In this document: in pieces, positions 26,201 to 37,802 of the stretch
Layout: each line of letters starts with the position of its first letter
Position numbering within the stretch: the stretch's first letter is position 1
Translations under genes and position numbers: made by a program
The notes under the pieces: generated by a model
What the model was told of the DNA's origin: nothing
Database searches by the model: none
What the model saw: only the letters and a program-made list of their open reading frames with translations
Assembly: GCF_022045235.1 (NCBI RefSeq)
Contig: NW_027266286.1
Location: 24,676,001 to 24,740,000, forward strand
Origin: Haliotis cracherodii
Lineage: Eukaryota
Length of the DNA: 64,000 nucleotides
Direction of reading: 5' to 3'

Positions 26201-29200
26201 GCTGATGAAACAGAATCGTACCATCGACTCCGCTTTATGAAGACATTTCTGTTGGATTTGGAAAGGGGTGTCTCAAAAGAAGTCACTTATCCCATGGTCG
26301 ATGACCAGATGGTGGAAACACAAACACATACATACACCCGACACAAGTGTCAAAAATGTGGTGTCACTCTGGGCAAATGACTAAATTCAAAATGTGCCTC
26401 TGTTCACCCAGAAAGTGTACCCGATAGGTGTTGGATAGTAAAACCATCAGACCTAATGCCCGTAGGCATTGATAACAACGTGTTTTACATCGAAGTGTAG
26501 ATTATGCAATGAATTTAATGAGACTGTCCAACACATTGTCAGTGGATGCCCAGCTTAGGCACAACCACAGCAGTGACATGATCGAGTGGCTTGATCATTT
26601 TATTACTGTCTTCGCCATGCTTTGGTGGTTTTGACCCAGAGGTCCATCCATGGTACGAGCCAGAATATGTAGACGGCGTCACGGAATATGAGTACAACAT
26701 TGATTCTTTGGAATATTCCCGTATACACCCTCAGATCTATCCAGGCCAACAAACCTGATCTTGTCGTTTTTGATAAATCCAATGAAATCATCTATATTAT
26801 TGAATGTTCTGTCCCTCTAGACACTTAGATTCAGGAAAAACATGGCAAACATGCGGACCTCGCTTTCGAAATGTCACGCTTGCATCCCAAGTACCAAGTT
26901 GTCCGACTCCCCATTGTTCTCGGTGCCTCAGGTTTGGTACTTCCCGATCTGTTGACTGACATTGGGAAAATACCCGGGTTTGATACTAGGAACACAGCCC
27001 TTCTGACAATCTGGGTAATGCCGAAGACTGCAGTGTTGGGGAGACTTCACATTCTCCGAAAAGTTCTGAGTGGATTCAACTAGGCAGCGCTTTCAACGTG
27101 TCAAGAACCGTTACATGGCATGAAATAAGCTCACGAGGTCAGGTTTGTTACTACGGCGTGACGTTACATTCTTTTATGTACGGTCACATCGACACATCTG
27201 ATTAGATTGGGGAACCGGGGGGAATGTAGTCAGCACCAACTTGTCTTGTCCAGATTCGATTATCTACACGCCGCGATGCGTTTAATAACCTTCACTCACT
27301 CATGGTTCCTACCAGAGTGTGTGACTGAGTTTGGTCAACGCCGCCTTGAAATGTATTTCAGTTATGTCACGGCGTCTCAGTTTGAAAGCCCTAAGTATGG
27401 CAGGCCTCAGACGTTTATCATTAAAACATTTTGGTGAAACTCACGAGCACGGGTATGTTGCTGACAAACCTAAACATAAACCCCTTTTCCATAAACATAA
27501 GAAACAGTGCACGATTCCGACTGTATCATTAGCATGTGTTTATGAATCACTATCAATTAGTAACGGATGAGAAGGTGGCCCAACGGGGTTTCCCGTCATA
27601 AACACATGCAAATGCAAGTCAGGCCACATTTGGTATTCGAACCTAAGATCATATGATTCAGGCACCTCAAGAAGCAACTCCAGCCACATTTGGTATTCGA
27701 ACCTAAGATCATATGATTCAGGCATCTCAAGGAAGCAACTCCAGCCACATTTGGTATTCGAACCTAAGATCATATGATTCAGGCACCTCAAGGAAGCAAC
27801 TCCAGCCACATTTGGTATTCGAACCTAAGATCATATGATTCAGGCACCTCAAGAAGAAACTCCAGCCACATTTGGTATTCGAACCTAAGATCATATGATT
27901 CAGGCACCTCAAGAAGCAACTCCAGCCACATGTGGTATTCGAACCTAAGATCATATGATTCAGGCACCTCAAGGAACAATTCCAGAGCACGGCGGTGCTT
28001 TAGACGGATAGAAAGAATGTCAACATTTGGGAATAATAATAAAAGAATTATTGGGCTTATTGACAAAATCATCCACTCGCAAGTCGTATATTCCAATACT
28101 TATATGACTTTAGCAAGGTCAAGGTCATATTCAGATACCACTTCATAGTTGAGTAAGACAAGCTGCATCAATACAGAGGTGCGGCCGTCAATATACTGTC
28201 TACCACCAACCCTTACTCTGAGGGCGAGTGATTGGTAAGCAATTTCGATGTCACCAACTATCAATTTGGCCTTGTTGGAGTGTCGTTCACTTTCTCGAGG
28301 ACAAGGCAAAACACCGTTACTTTGTAGGCAGGAAATTGCATTACTTTCTTAATAATTCCTTATCGATACTTGACAGCGGCGACCGTGTTCACGTTTGACC
28401 TTTAGCTGATGTCGTACTTAATGCATTTGGTGGGTGGTTTCGGTTTATTTTGGGAAATGAGGATTTGGAAAATTCCTGACAAATTACATTTAATAAATAA
28501 TGTGATATATTAATGGTATCAATGATACATGGTTACCAAGTTTACAAACTATATGCTCTTTTCAGTCATACACGTTACGAAAAATGACATTTTGTGTATG
28601 ATTGATTCACGGCGAAATCATTTAGTCAATGAATGTAATATCAATGAAATATTGAAATAATCACACCTACATGCATGCCATGCAGATGATGATTTTAATT
28701 GATATGACGTCAGATCCATTCCGAATCCAATGAGGTATGGGATATGTTGTCACAGGTCACAGATTTCCGAAAACAAAGGCAGAATCTGTCATAAAACCGA
28801 AAAAGCTCAATATGATTGACCTTTCAAAGTTTCATCTTCACTGAATTTTATTTTGTAAAATCGATTGCATATTCTGGTACGTTAATAACACCTAGGAAAA
28901 TTAAAAGATCCTTTCAGAATTACAAGTTCGATGTTACCTAATCAAATGAGTCAGAAGACGTATAAAGATAACCCCATTTATATTTCTCTGTGTAAATATT
29001 TTTGCTAAGCGTTAGCACATTGTCAGTCAGTTGGCAGTTATTCATTTATTTGAAGAGCATAAAACTTATAACGCCAATTTGATATTTTATCAGCTTCATA
29101 TTTTCTGGGATGAATAGCTTTTGAATGCTCCTGACATGGCGTGAAGGGCATGATTTATAGAGCAAGGCCCGTTACGTCGAGGATACCTAGTTTTCTTGTA

Positions 29201-32200
29201 AAGGTTAGGCTAGCTTATAAGATTTCCCTCTAACGGACAAAGGATTAGGACATACAGGCAGCTATCGCTCATGCCGTTACTTGTTCATTGGATTTCGAGC
29301 AGAAAATTGAATTTCTCTGACATAAGAGCATGTGCCTGCAGATAATACTTAAGGCAACTTTTACCAGAACTATTACGGATACAAAGGAGACCTATTTATA
29401 AACGTGAGGCGTTACGGGGGAGAAAATGGCAAGCGGAATACAATCTATTCCAGGCATTTAATGAAATATTTCAAAAGTTCCGTGGGATGCTTTGGGATAA
29501 TGATGTTCGCATTTCCATGTGTATTACAAGAATAAGAAATTGTTATTGTATAATAATTTCAGCAGAAACAAATTAATATTTAAATAGTAATAAAGAATAA
29601 CTGTTATATTTAGAAAAAAACGAAGAATATCATGAACAATGATCGATGTGAACAGAGACAATATGACGCCCAGATCAAACTTATTTTTTCTTTCAAATAA
29701 TTTGAAACAAATTCTGCATTATCAACAGATGATTGTTTATTTATGAAACAAAGTGTTAGAGTCAAGCTAATGATTAATCGATCATGGAACATATTTAGAC
29801 ACATGAACGAGAGTTCTGCGCCTAACTAACACAATACAGAAGGCATCTCCAATGAGAACATGCTGAATAGGCATGACAAAGGTTTCAGCACGTTATGTTC
29901 CAGGGCTTCGGACTCCTGATCAGAAACACTCCAGGTTCCTCATCTCTCGTGATAATTTACCTCATTTCGAAGCAGACCCAGTTCATTCTATGTCAGGGGC
30001 GGTCGGGTAGCCTAGTGGTTAAAGCGTTCGCTCGTCACGCCGAAGACCCGGGTTCAAATCCCGACATGGGTACAATGTGTGATGCCCATTTCTGTTGTCC
30101 CCCGCCGTGATATTGCTGGAATATTGCTAAAAGTGGAGTAAAACCAAACTCACTCACTCACTCATTCTATGTCCATTCTTTCATCCATCAGTGCTAATTA
30201 CCCCCGGCCTCCCGTTCGCCAAGTGCCCATTACCTTTTACTTATCTATATATGAGTACTGGCTTCCATACTGTCAGCTCTAAGTGTTGGTTTCCATGTCT
30301 GTTGCTAATCGCCTATCAGCGCTAATCATCTGTTGGCCTCCCTTGTTAGTTTCTACCTTTTGTTATCTTTTGTTGTCCTTACATGTACATACATATGCTC
30401 TCCGCCTCTTGGCATTCATTCACCTGACGAAGGAGTAAAAATACCCCGAAACGTTGTGTTCCTCATAATAAAGAAGTTGACATCCATAAATTCTCTTCCT
30501 TATGTGTATCACTTCTAAATGCCTTTCAAAGATCGAGTTCATTCTGTTCTGCGGTTTGTGACCAAAGATGAGTCTTGGGTCGCAGGTCTTACATTTCCAC
30601 CATTTTAATTACAAGCTGATATGGTGCTCAAAGACTAAGGACTTTGACGATACGAGCCTGGGATTCGGACTAACTACCATCAGATCCCAACATGGCGAAC
30701 AGACACAAATCTTAGACCTTCAGTGTCCATTTCTTGGTGAATAAACTAATCTCCATTCATAATTAGATACGACTGACGCCAACCGAGTTTCAGCTGAATA
30801 GACGTCTCCTTCGTCCACTCATCACTCACCTGACCGCCACATACTTACGTTTTTACTTTCAGCAGTCATTATTTAAACGTTTAAAAACTATAGTATGAGA
30901 TAGAAAACTATTCAGAGAAATTCTCTATATTGCTTTATATATATTTAGTTTGACAAATTCTCTGAATAGTTTTCTAGATCTCCATACTATAGTTTTTAAA
31001 CGTCTAAAGAATGACTGCTTAAAGTTAAAACGTAACTATGTATAGTGTTATATTTCCCTGACATTCGCCTTATGCGGGGGCAAAGAAGTGGCCCTGAAAT
31101 GTTGTTGTTTGTATATCCATCATACTCCTTGTCATGTTTCAATCCAACTTCTAGATGTCCATGAAAACTGTCACAGTGCATAGAAAATATCTACATCTGA
31201 CAGTGATCAACCTCTATAACGATCCTTCCTTCTGTGTGAAGATCATGAAAGCCCTATCATACAGATAGGCTCTTTCATTGATTGATACAGAAAGGTACCA
31301 TTATTACTACTGACAAGTGGGCGGTGGAGGATGTCATTACTATAGTAAGAACCAATAGAACCAGAAAGGTGGGTCATTGGAACTGATAGTGTATAAACTC
31401 GGTAAATTAGGGACCTTCATTCCAGATACACGTTATCTGAAATACACTGCCGATCAAAAGAAAGTACCCACTTGTTTGATGGTTGCTATAAATGAAACAA
31501 ACAAGAAATGGTAAGTGATGTATTTGATACAGGTATCACGGATGATATGTCATGCATCGTATGTATGTGTTTCTCACATCAGGCCAGCCTTGTGACGTTT
31601 GATAAAGTTTGTAATATTTTTGTCAAATCCAATTTTTAAGTGTATACTTTTTTTGCCCGGCCATTTATGTAATGGTCTATATCGACCCTGACATTTTTGT
31701 CCCTTGGTGCAGTCCAGTGTTTCTCACGACAAAGGAGAATCGAACGGTCAAAATGTCTAACTCAACCACTGTATATTGCTCATGCTATAACCAATGGTTT
31801 ACCCGACCAAGACAAGATTTTATAAAGGGCACCGTGATACAGGTAGAATACTGCTGACTGCAGCACAAACAACTCTCGGTATTTCACGTAACTTGGGGTT
31901 CTCTACAACCACCTTATATAACACAGCAACAGAAGTTATGGGCATATGCTAACTCATTATATGCGGCCATAACCGTTATCACCTACTTGCAATTTGAAAA
32001 TATGGCAAGGAGATGATTTACGACATAAAACTCAAACATGACTTTCAGCACACATGCAATTTTATTGCCGACATGGGTATTCGTTCCACTGCAGAACACG
32101 ACACGCAGCATTTTTACTTCCAACAGTACAGTTCAATTTACCCATTGAACACTAGGGGGCAAATCAGAGCAGCTGGACTATTGACTTTAATGTTGGGTCA

Positions 32201-35200
32201 ATTTGATGGTGTTTCCTTTTCCTCCTTCGTGATTGGAGTAGATAGTGTTACTAAAGCGGAACAATTGCTCAGCGGCAGAAGCTATAGCTAACACATCCTA
32301 TTCCAAATGACTGAGATTCATAAGTGCATATAAATCCACTTTATTTGAACCGGAAACATTTGACCAAATTACCCATACCTTGTCCTTGACCTCTAAAGGC
32401 TTCATAACGTTTGACAGAGAATCGTATTAACCTGCCGGCTGTCCAAACATACCAACACGTTCTGAGTCGAGAACAGAGGTTAGCCAAACTACCGAGATAT
32501 GTCTGTACGCACGCTTTGATTTGGCGGAAGCAACCAAACAAATTATCACCAGGGTTAATTGCTTGTTGTTCACTGTTAAGAACATTCCAGCTCATGTCTA
32601 TTCATATTAGAACAACAGGTACTGAGGTACAATGTACATGTATATTTGGTCGGACTTGACAATGTCCGTGCAGTGGCAACCAATTATTTTCAACATAAGG
32701 AATCATATCGGGTGAAGATATTTTTATGTTGGAAAACAGGCAAAACAAGGAAATAGAGGCAAAAGTTGATATTATGACAATAGTTCAAGCAGGCAATAAT
32801 GTAAGCTGCGTTCCTTGGGCACGCTAGAATTCCATGATCGAATGCCGGTTCGCACTGATTATATTACTGGGATTGTCAGCTCGTGGGTTTCACGTCTGAG
32901 ACTTGCATCACTTCGGGCTATCTTCCCACACTGAGCTGACACGCCCTGATATAACTGAAAAACTGTTCAAACCGTCGCTAATTTCATTCACTCCAATAAG
33001 TCAAATGGTTGCAAATATTGCTCTAAGTATCCTATTCTGTTCAAGTTTAATTCTCTTTCAAATTTGATCCGATGGTTATGTTATTAAATGCCTGTTGTTT
33101 TTCCAGACCGGAATGATTTGAAAACAGTTGCAATATTTGTTTGTTTGTTGTTAAATGCAGCACTGAACAACATTCTATCCATATGACGGTGGTCTGCACA
33201 TAATCGAATCTGGGCCAGAATATCCAGTCATATAACATAGACATCGGCCTCGCAATGGGGATACGATGACATGCCTCAGCCAAGCCAGCGAGTCTGACTA
33301 ACTGATCCCGTTAGTCGCCTCTTACGAAAATATGCGTTGCTGAAAACCAGTTCTAACCCGGATCTTCATGTGGTGACAATAATTATATTGTCTCAATAGA
33401 AACATCCAGTTTATGCATAACGAGCATGTTAAGCCACATACATAATGCTTTAATTTGAAACTGTATATTTCTGCTTTCATTGCAGGCTTACCGCCGGAGT
33501 TGTACGCCATATGGGAGTCGTATCCGTGGAGATTTGGAGCAGCCTTTTGTATTCTACGTCACTCTGTCATGGAGATGACGTCATATGCGTCGGTTCTGAC
33601 AATCACAGCCTTCACCGTGGAGCGCTACGTGGCCATATGTCGTCCTCTTCAGGCACACCGTATGGCGGGTCTGTCCCGGTGTCTCCGGATCATCATCTCC
33701 ATCTGGGTCGTCTCCATCCTCGTGGCCCTCCCCTTCTCCATCCACACCCGCGTGTTTCACGAGCTGCACCACCCCGTCACCCACGAACCTATCCCAGAAT
33801 CCCTCATCTGCAACATCCGGACGGAGTGGCGGGGACGAATGACGTACATGTTCCAGATCTCCACCTTCTTGTTCTTCGTCACCCCAGTCGCCGTCATTAT
33901 CTGCCTTTACATCCTCATTGGCATCGCGCTCAGGAAGTCACACCTCGGACGAGGACCGTCGGATGAGATTAAATGTAGTAGCGGCAAAACCAAACCCCCA
34001 TCCCAATCGAAGAGAGTCGTGATTCGTATGTTAGGTACGTGTCACCTTACCAAAATATTTTGGATTTGCTTTAGAAAGATGGGGTTTGTCAAAAAAAATG
34101 ATTATTGCTAATGGTTCATTGTATACTTGAACTGTAACTTCTCAAACTACCACCTACACATTATATGTAATATGCTACCTTTTATAAAGGCGACTATGCC
34201 TGTCGTAAGAGGCGACTATCGAGATCGGGTGCTCAGACTCGCTGACTTGGTTGATCCATGTCATCGTATCCCAAATGCATGGATCGATACTCATATCAAT
34301 AATCAATTATTTACAGACCGCCATCATATAGCTGGAGTACTGCTGAGATCGGCGTTAAACAGCAAAACAACAACAAACAAACAACCTTTTATGAATAACC
34401 ACAATGTGTATACCAAGTTTCACATGAATATGACACGCTTGTCTTCACTTCAGTTGCTGTAACAGTAGCCTTCATCCTGTGCTGGGCGCCCTTCCATGCA
34501 CAAAGGCTAATGGTTCTGTATGTATCAACATGGACCCCTTTACTGATGAACGTGCAGAGCACGCTCTTTTATATATCAGGTGAGATAAAAGCATATGTCA
34601 GTTGAGTGTAAAAGTATAATATTCTTTATCTATGAAATATTCAGTTTTTAGAACCACATTAACAGAGAGGTATATTCAGATAAAGTACTGAATGTTCAAT
34701 TGTTCACAGATCTGGAGATACTTATAACTTTTAGTTCAACCGCATCCCGAGTGACAGATTAATATACAAAATGTTGCAAAGAGTCTTTGGGTGATCCTGG
34801 TACAGTCAAGCTGGTTAGGCTCATCATCAGCTTAGGGCCCTTGTCCCCTCTACACGCAGCCCAGACAGCGAATGGGACTTCTCCCAGGAAGCGCTAACCA
34901 GTTAAATCCACCCAGAATTTTTCGGAGAATGGGAAAACTCCCCAACACTGAGGCCTTCTGCATTATCCAGATTACCAGAAGGGTTGTATTTCTGGAACCA
35001 AACCCGGGCACTCTCCCAATGTCAGTAAACAGATTGGGAGGTACCAAACCTTAGGCACCGAGAACAATGGGGAGTCGGACAACTTGGTACTTGGCATGCA
35101 AGCGTGACATTTCGAAAGCGATGCCCGCATATTGGCTATGTTTTTCCTCAATCTTGTCAATCACATTAGTATCAAAAGGGACAGAACATTCGAAAATATA

Positions 35201-36763
35201 AATGATTTCATCAAAAAATGACAAGATCAGGTTTGTTGGCCTGGATACGTCTGAGGCTGTATACGGGCCTATTTCAAAGAATGATGTATTTATCATTTTC
35301 CATGCCGCCCTCTGCATACACTGACAATGGGTTGGACAGTCTCATTTAACACATTGCATAATCTACATTTCCTACTTATATTTTGATGCAAAATCACACA
35401 TTGACAGTTTCGAGTGGGAAGTGACTGGTCCTGAGCAGCAAACAGAAAACCTTCTGTTTTACTTTTCAGGCCAGACTGCTTATCTGCACATAAACCCGAT
35501 GCAGTGGTCGTTCAGCTAGCCTCTCTTTGATAATCTGAGTCTGGGCCGATTTGACATAGTACATGTACTTCGTTTGGTTGACACTCATTTCTGTCAAGCA
35601 GTACAGAACCACCAATTAATCATTTACATTGAGATTATGTCCCACATTCTTGGCTTGTTTATGAAAACTGCCTTGTTTTTATAATGAGTCTTGACATGTT
35701 TTTCAAGAGGATCATCAGACAAATAAATGTGAGCAAAAGTGCAGAATACAATTCTATCGTGAAGAGCCCACGCGTTAATCAAAACACGCCCTCCCATAAT
35801 AACTGGTAAATATAAGTGATTGAGGGGAAGAGCGAGGGTGGTGGGATCTATCTTCTGACAAATGATTCTTCGACTGAGGGTGTCAGTACACTGAATCTCT
35901 TGTTTTGTCTAATCAGCAACCCCCCCAAAAAATACGAAAGGACGGGTATTTGTGGCTTTAACTTCATTGCGAACATTCAGCTTTCAACTGTTCTTTGATA
36001 TGATCATTCTGGAGCTTGTCCCTAACCTGCAAGTACTTATAGGCCTGATCTTCAACGTTATGGTCAATCTTTGATATGATCATTCTGGAGTTTGTCCCTA
36101 ACCTGCAAGTACCTATAGGCCTGATCTTCAACGATATGGTCAATTGTTAATAATATTTAATATATTTTTCACTTTTTAAAAAATAATGTTTAATGATCAT
36201 GGAAAGGGTCTCGTTGCTTTTATTACATCAACCGTAAAACTGAAGCATCATTCTAATTCTAGATACCGTCTATTTCAGGTGTCTTGTACTTCGTCAGCTC
36301 CACCGTCAACCCTATCCTGTACAACGTCATCTCACGACGTTACAGAGGCGCCTTTAAGGAAACAATCTGCTTCTGCTGTTTCAAGGCAGGGTCATCCTCC
36401 TATACGAGCAGTGTGTTCAAGGGCAACCTGGACAAGCCACTCAAACAACCAATGGTGGTTGTCAACGCTGACGGTGATAGACTTCAATCGGCATACCATG
36501 ATCATAATGCTTTGCTACATCCGGTGGCGAACGGCATTGTGCCAGAAACGTTGAAGACACGATTAATTGACGAGAATTTTGACAGAAAAATAAACGATGC
36601 CGATTACAACTACGCTAAAAATGTGAACTCCTGTGTTGCATGCGATACGTCTGTAAATGGATATCATTCGCCTAGCAGAACAGCTTTGCTGAAAAACGGA
36701 TTTTGTGATGTGAGTCGTTCGTCGCTGAACTGTGTGCTATTAAAACATGGAACCGTGCTGTGA
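18382..36763 (+). CDS. Neuropeptide GPCR, neuromedin U / pyrokinin / CAPA (PRXamide) receptor family; join(18382..18670,33486..34034,34454..34579,36279..36763), 482 aa
   Basis: Spliced by hand: 289+549+126+485 = 1449 nt, frame open, three GT-AG phase-1 introns. Family motifs GN (TM1), [16 protein letters not shown] (TM2), [27 protein letters not shown] (TM3), [10 protein letters not shown] (TM6), [10 protein letters not shown] (TM7). In-frame TAA at 18367-18369 just upstream of the ATG; three N-glycosylation sequons in the N-terminus. Confidence 0.95.
18738..18927 (+). mobile_element. SINE family M, degenerate, 70 bp into GPCR intron 1
   Basis: CCGTGAAGATCC...GACTAACGGGTGGTCAGGCTCG...(CAAA)n tail. 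Confidence 0.8.
19895..20087 (-). mobile_element. SINE family L, 5'-truncated at the B box, with TSD
   Basis: TSD gcttacagtatta at 19882-19894 and 20088-20100; near-identical to 13091-13285. Confidence 0.9.
20188..20270 (+). repeat. (CA)n compound microsatellite
   Basis: Direct reading. Confidence 0.95.
23173..23321 (+). mobile_element. SINE family D, degenerate
   Basis: GGGGCGGTGGGGTAGCC head; GGCGTAAAAC...ACTCACTC tail. Confidence 0.8.
23532..23897. mobile_element. Non-autonomous hAT-type element (366 bp)
   Basis: Termini TAGGGC / GCCCTA, perfect 8-bp TSD aaacattc at 23524-23531 and 23898-23905, clustered subterminal ACCCG motifs. Confidence 0.88.
25830..26225 (+). mobile_element. Penelope-like (Naiad-type) RT thumb and 3' end fragment
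   Basis: [24 protein letters not shown] followed by the 3' motif shared with 43100 and 55585. Confidence 0.75.
26490..27083 (+). mobile_element. RLE-type non-LTR retrotransposon 3' fragment (R4/NeSL-like): zinc knuckle and restriction-like endonuclease
   Basis: [19 protein letters not shown] (CCHC), [44 protein letters not shown]; frameshifted. Confidence 0.85.
27320..28010 (-). mobile_element. Old SINE family L-related copy containing the 60-bp tandem array in its head
   Basis: 27325-27478 aligns to the tail and body of 13091-13260; 27987-28010 aligns to the A-box end of the head. Confidence 0.7.
27623..27985 (+). repeat. 60/61-bp minisatellite x6, each unit carrying a Pol III B box on the minus strand
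   Basis: Unit starts at 27623, 27683, 27744, 27805, 27865, 27925; reverse complement contains GGTTCGAATACC. Confidence 0.97.
29995..30161 (+). mobile_element. SINE family D, with TSD
   Basis: TSD tcattctatgtc at 29983-29994 and 30162-30173. Confidence 0.92.
30421..30458 (+). ncRNA. Minimal type I hammerhead ribozyme motif (Penelope pseudo-LTR type), probably degenerate
   Basis: CAC-CTGACGA-A-GGAGTA(AAAA)TACCCC-GAAA-CG-TT-GTG: core boxes intact, stem II 5 of 6 bp, loop-less palindromic stem III, stem I only 3 bp; AATAAA at 30467-30472. Confidence 0.65.
30839..31041. mobile_element. Foldback MITE with inverted arms of about 80 bp
   Basis: 30839-30922 is the near reverse complement of 30955-31041. 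Confidence 0.85.
31443..31668. mobile_element. Degenerate Tc1-derived MITE
   Basis: TA-CACTGCCGATCAAAAGAAAGTACCCACTT and an imperfect inverted copy at 31638-31668. Confidence 0.55.
33137..33372 (-). mobile_element. SINE family M (single-motif variant), about 110 bp upstream of GPCR exon 2
   Basis: Reverse complement reads CATGAAGATCCGGGTTAGAA...CGTAAGAGGCGACTAACGGGATC. Confidence 0.85.
33486..34034 (+). CDS. GPCR coding exon 2 (end of TM2 to TM5/ICL3)
   Basis: Acceptor ttcattgcAG|; GLPPELY...VERYVAIC...KRVVIRML; donor G|GTACGT at 34035; 549 nt, phase 1-1. Confidence 0.95.
34180..34386 (+). mobile_element. SINE family M, 5'-truncated, in GPCR intron 2
   Basis: AAGGCGACTATGCCTGTCGTAAGAGGCGACTA...GGCGTTAAAC tail. 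Confidence 0.85.
34454..34579 (+). CDS. GPCR coding exon 3 (TM6, ECL3); not in the ORF track
   Basis: Acceptor cttcacttcAG|; translates [42 protein letters not shown]; donor G|GTGAGA at 34580; 126 nt. Confidence 0.95.
34780..35372 (-). mobile_element. Second RLE-type LINE 3' fragment, antisense in GPCR intron 3
   Basis: [42 protein letters not shown]; same family as 26490-27083. Confidence 0.85.
35992..36143 (+). repeat. 76-bp tandem duplication x2 in GPCR intron 3
   Basis: Units start at 35992 and 36068, about 3 mismatches. Confidence 0.95.
36279..36763 (+). CDS. GPCR coding exon 4 (TM7, helix 8, C-terminal tail)
   Basis: Acceptor ctatttcAG|; [34 protein letters not shown]...HGTVL*. Confidence 0.95.
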
Positions 36764-37802
36764 ACATTATTCAACATCCTCGGAATGTGCACTGGTGTGT
36801 AATTCTGAAAATAAATGGAATTAACCTGAAACTGACAGGTGTTTGGGTATGTGATTCTCTTGATAAAACTCTTTGCCAATACGGCATCAGAGGTAAGATC
36901 AAGTAAGCATGAACAAGAATTGTGGACATCGCCAAAAATGTCGTTACATGTCGTTGTAGTTATTATTTTGTTAAAGTCAGTTAACGTCTTACGTAATTCA
37001 CATGTTTAGTTAACGATAAACGTTCGAAATTTTACGATTTAAAAAAAGAAGTAATTGACCGATTTCGGTCTTATTTCATTTCATTTGGTGAGTAGTTCAA
37101 CGTCATCGGTGAGTAGTCCAATCACATGTTCTAGTGACATTTAAAAAAGTCTTTATTTTCAGTATAGAAACCATGTGCGAAGAGCTAATGTATAATTTTA
37201 CACACCTGGAAAGAAAATATGTTTCCAATGACATAACATACATGTGCTCATATATATACAGAGCAGCTCACTAATGACATGTTTTGTAACTGCTCCACGA
37301 AAATAGTTATTTGTCTACTCTTTCAACTTAATCCTCTAGAGCTTCTTCTTAGTGAACATACGTTGTTCTTGCATTACCCTTTCAGCCGGTATTGGTGATA
37401 TCTTGGATATTTCTCAATATCAGATCAAGTTTAAGTAGATATTTTCCAAAAGGATCGTATACATGAAGATAAAGCAAAAGTTATGCTTAACCTTTCCCCG
37501 CTGAACATAATCATTAACCTGATCACAGCAAAACCAACCTGAGCGTCAAGGTAGCAGTATGATCAAATGCTTGCAATTAAAGACAATTACTTCATTGTTT
37601 CACTGCAAAGTGGGACATGATTATTAAGCCATGCTTACATATACACATGTATCAACAAAAAGAACCAAACAAACTAAGTAACAAATGGTGAGAAGGGGTG
37701 AAGCCATCGAAAGATCTTTGAAGGAACTTTTTCAAAGGATATGGTTGTAATCAGTTTGTTTGTGTTCGCAATCTTATCGACGGGCTGGGCGGGTGGATGA
37801 TA

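Noticed and set aside
27623-27985. CRISPR-like array, and the repetitive ORFs 27540-28148
   Set aside because: Units are contiguous with no unique spacers and no cas genes, and the DNA is eukaryotic. The ORFs are by-products of the repeat.
29995-30070. tRNA-Asp gene (and similar heads elsewhere)
   Set aside because: The head continues into a SINE body and tail and is bounded by TSDs; the acceptor stem is not intact.
33455-33485. ORF-track start of the 218-aa ORF, and the 18671-18711 tail of the 109-aa ORF
   Set aside because: Intronic read-through beyond canonical splice sites; homology begins and ends at the junctions.
34800-34835. Second hammerhead on the minus strand (CTGATGA-T-GAGC...GCTT)
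   Set aside because: The required GAAA is absent (reads GACT) and there is no convincing stem I or III.
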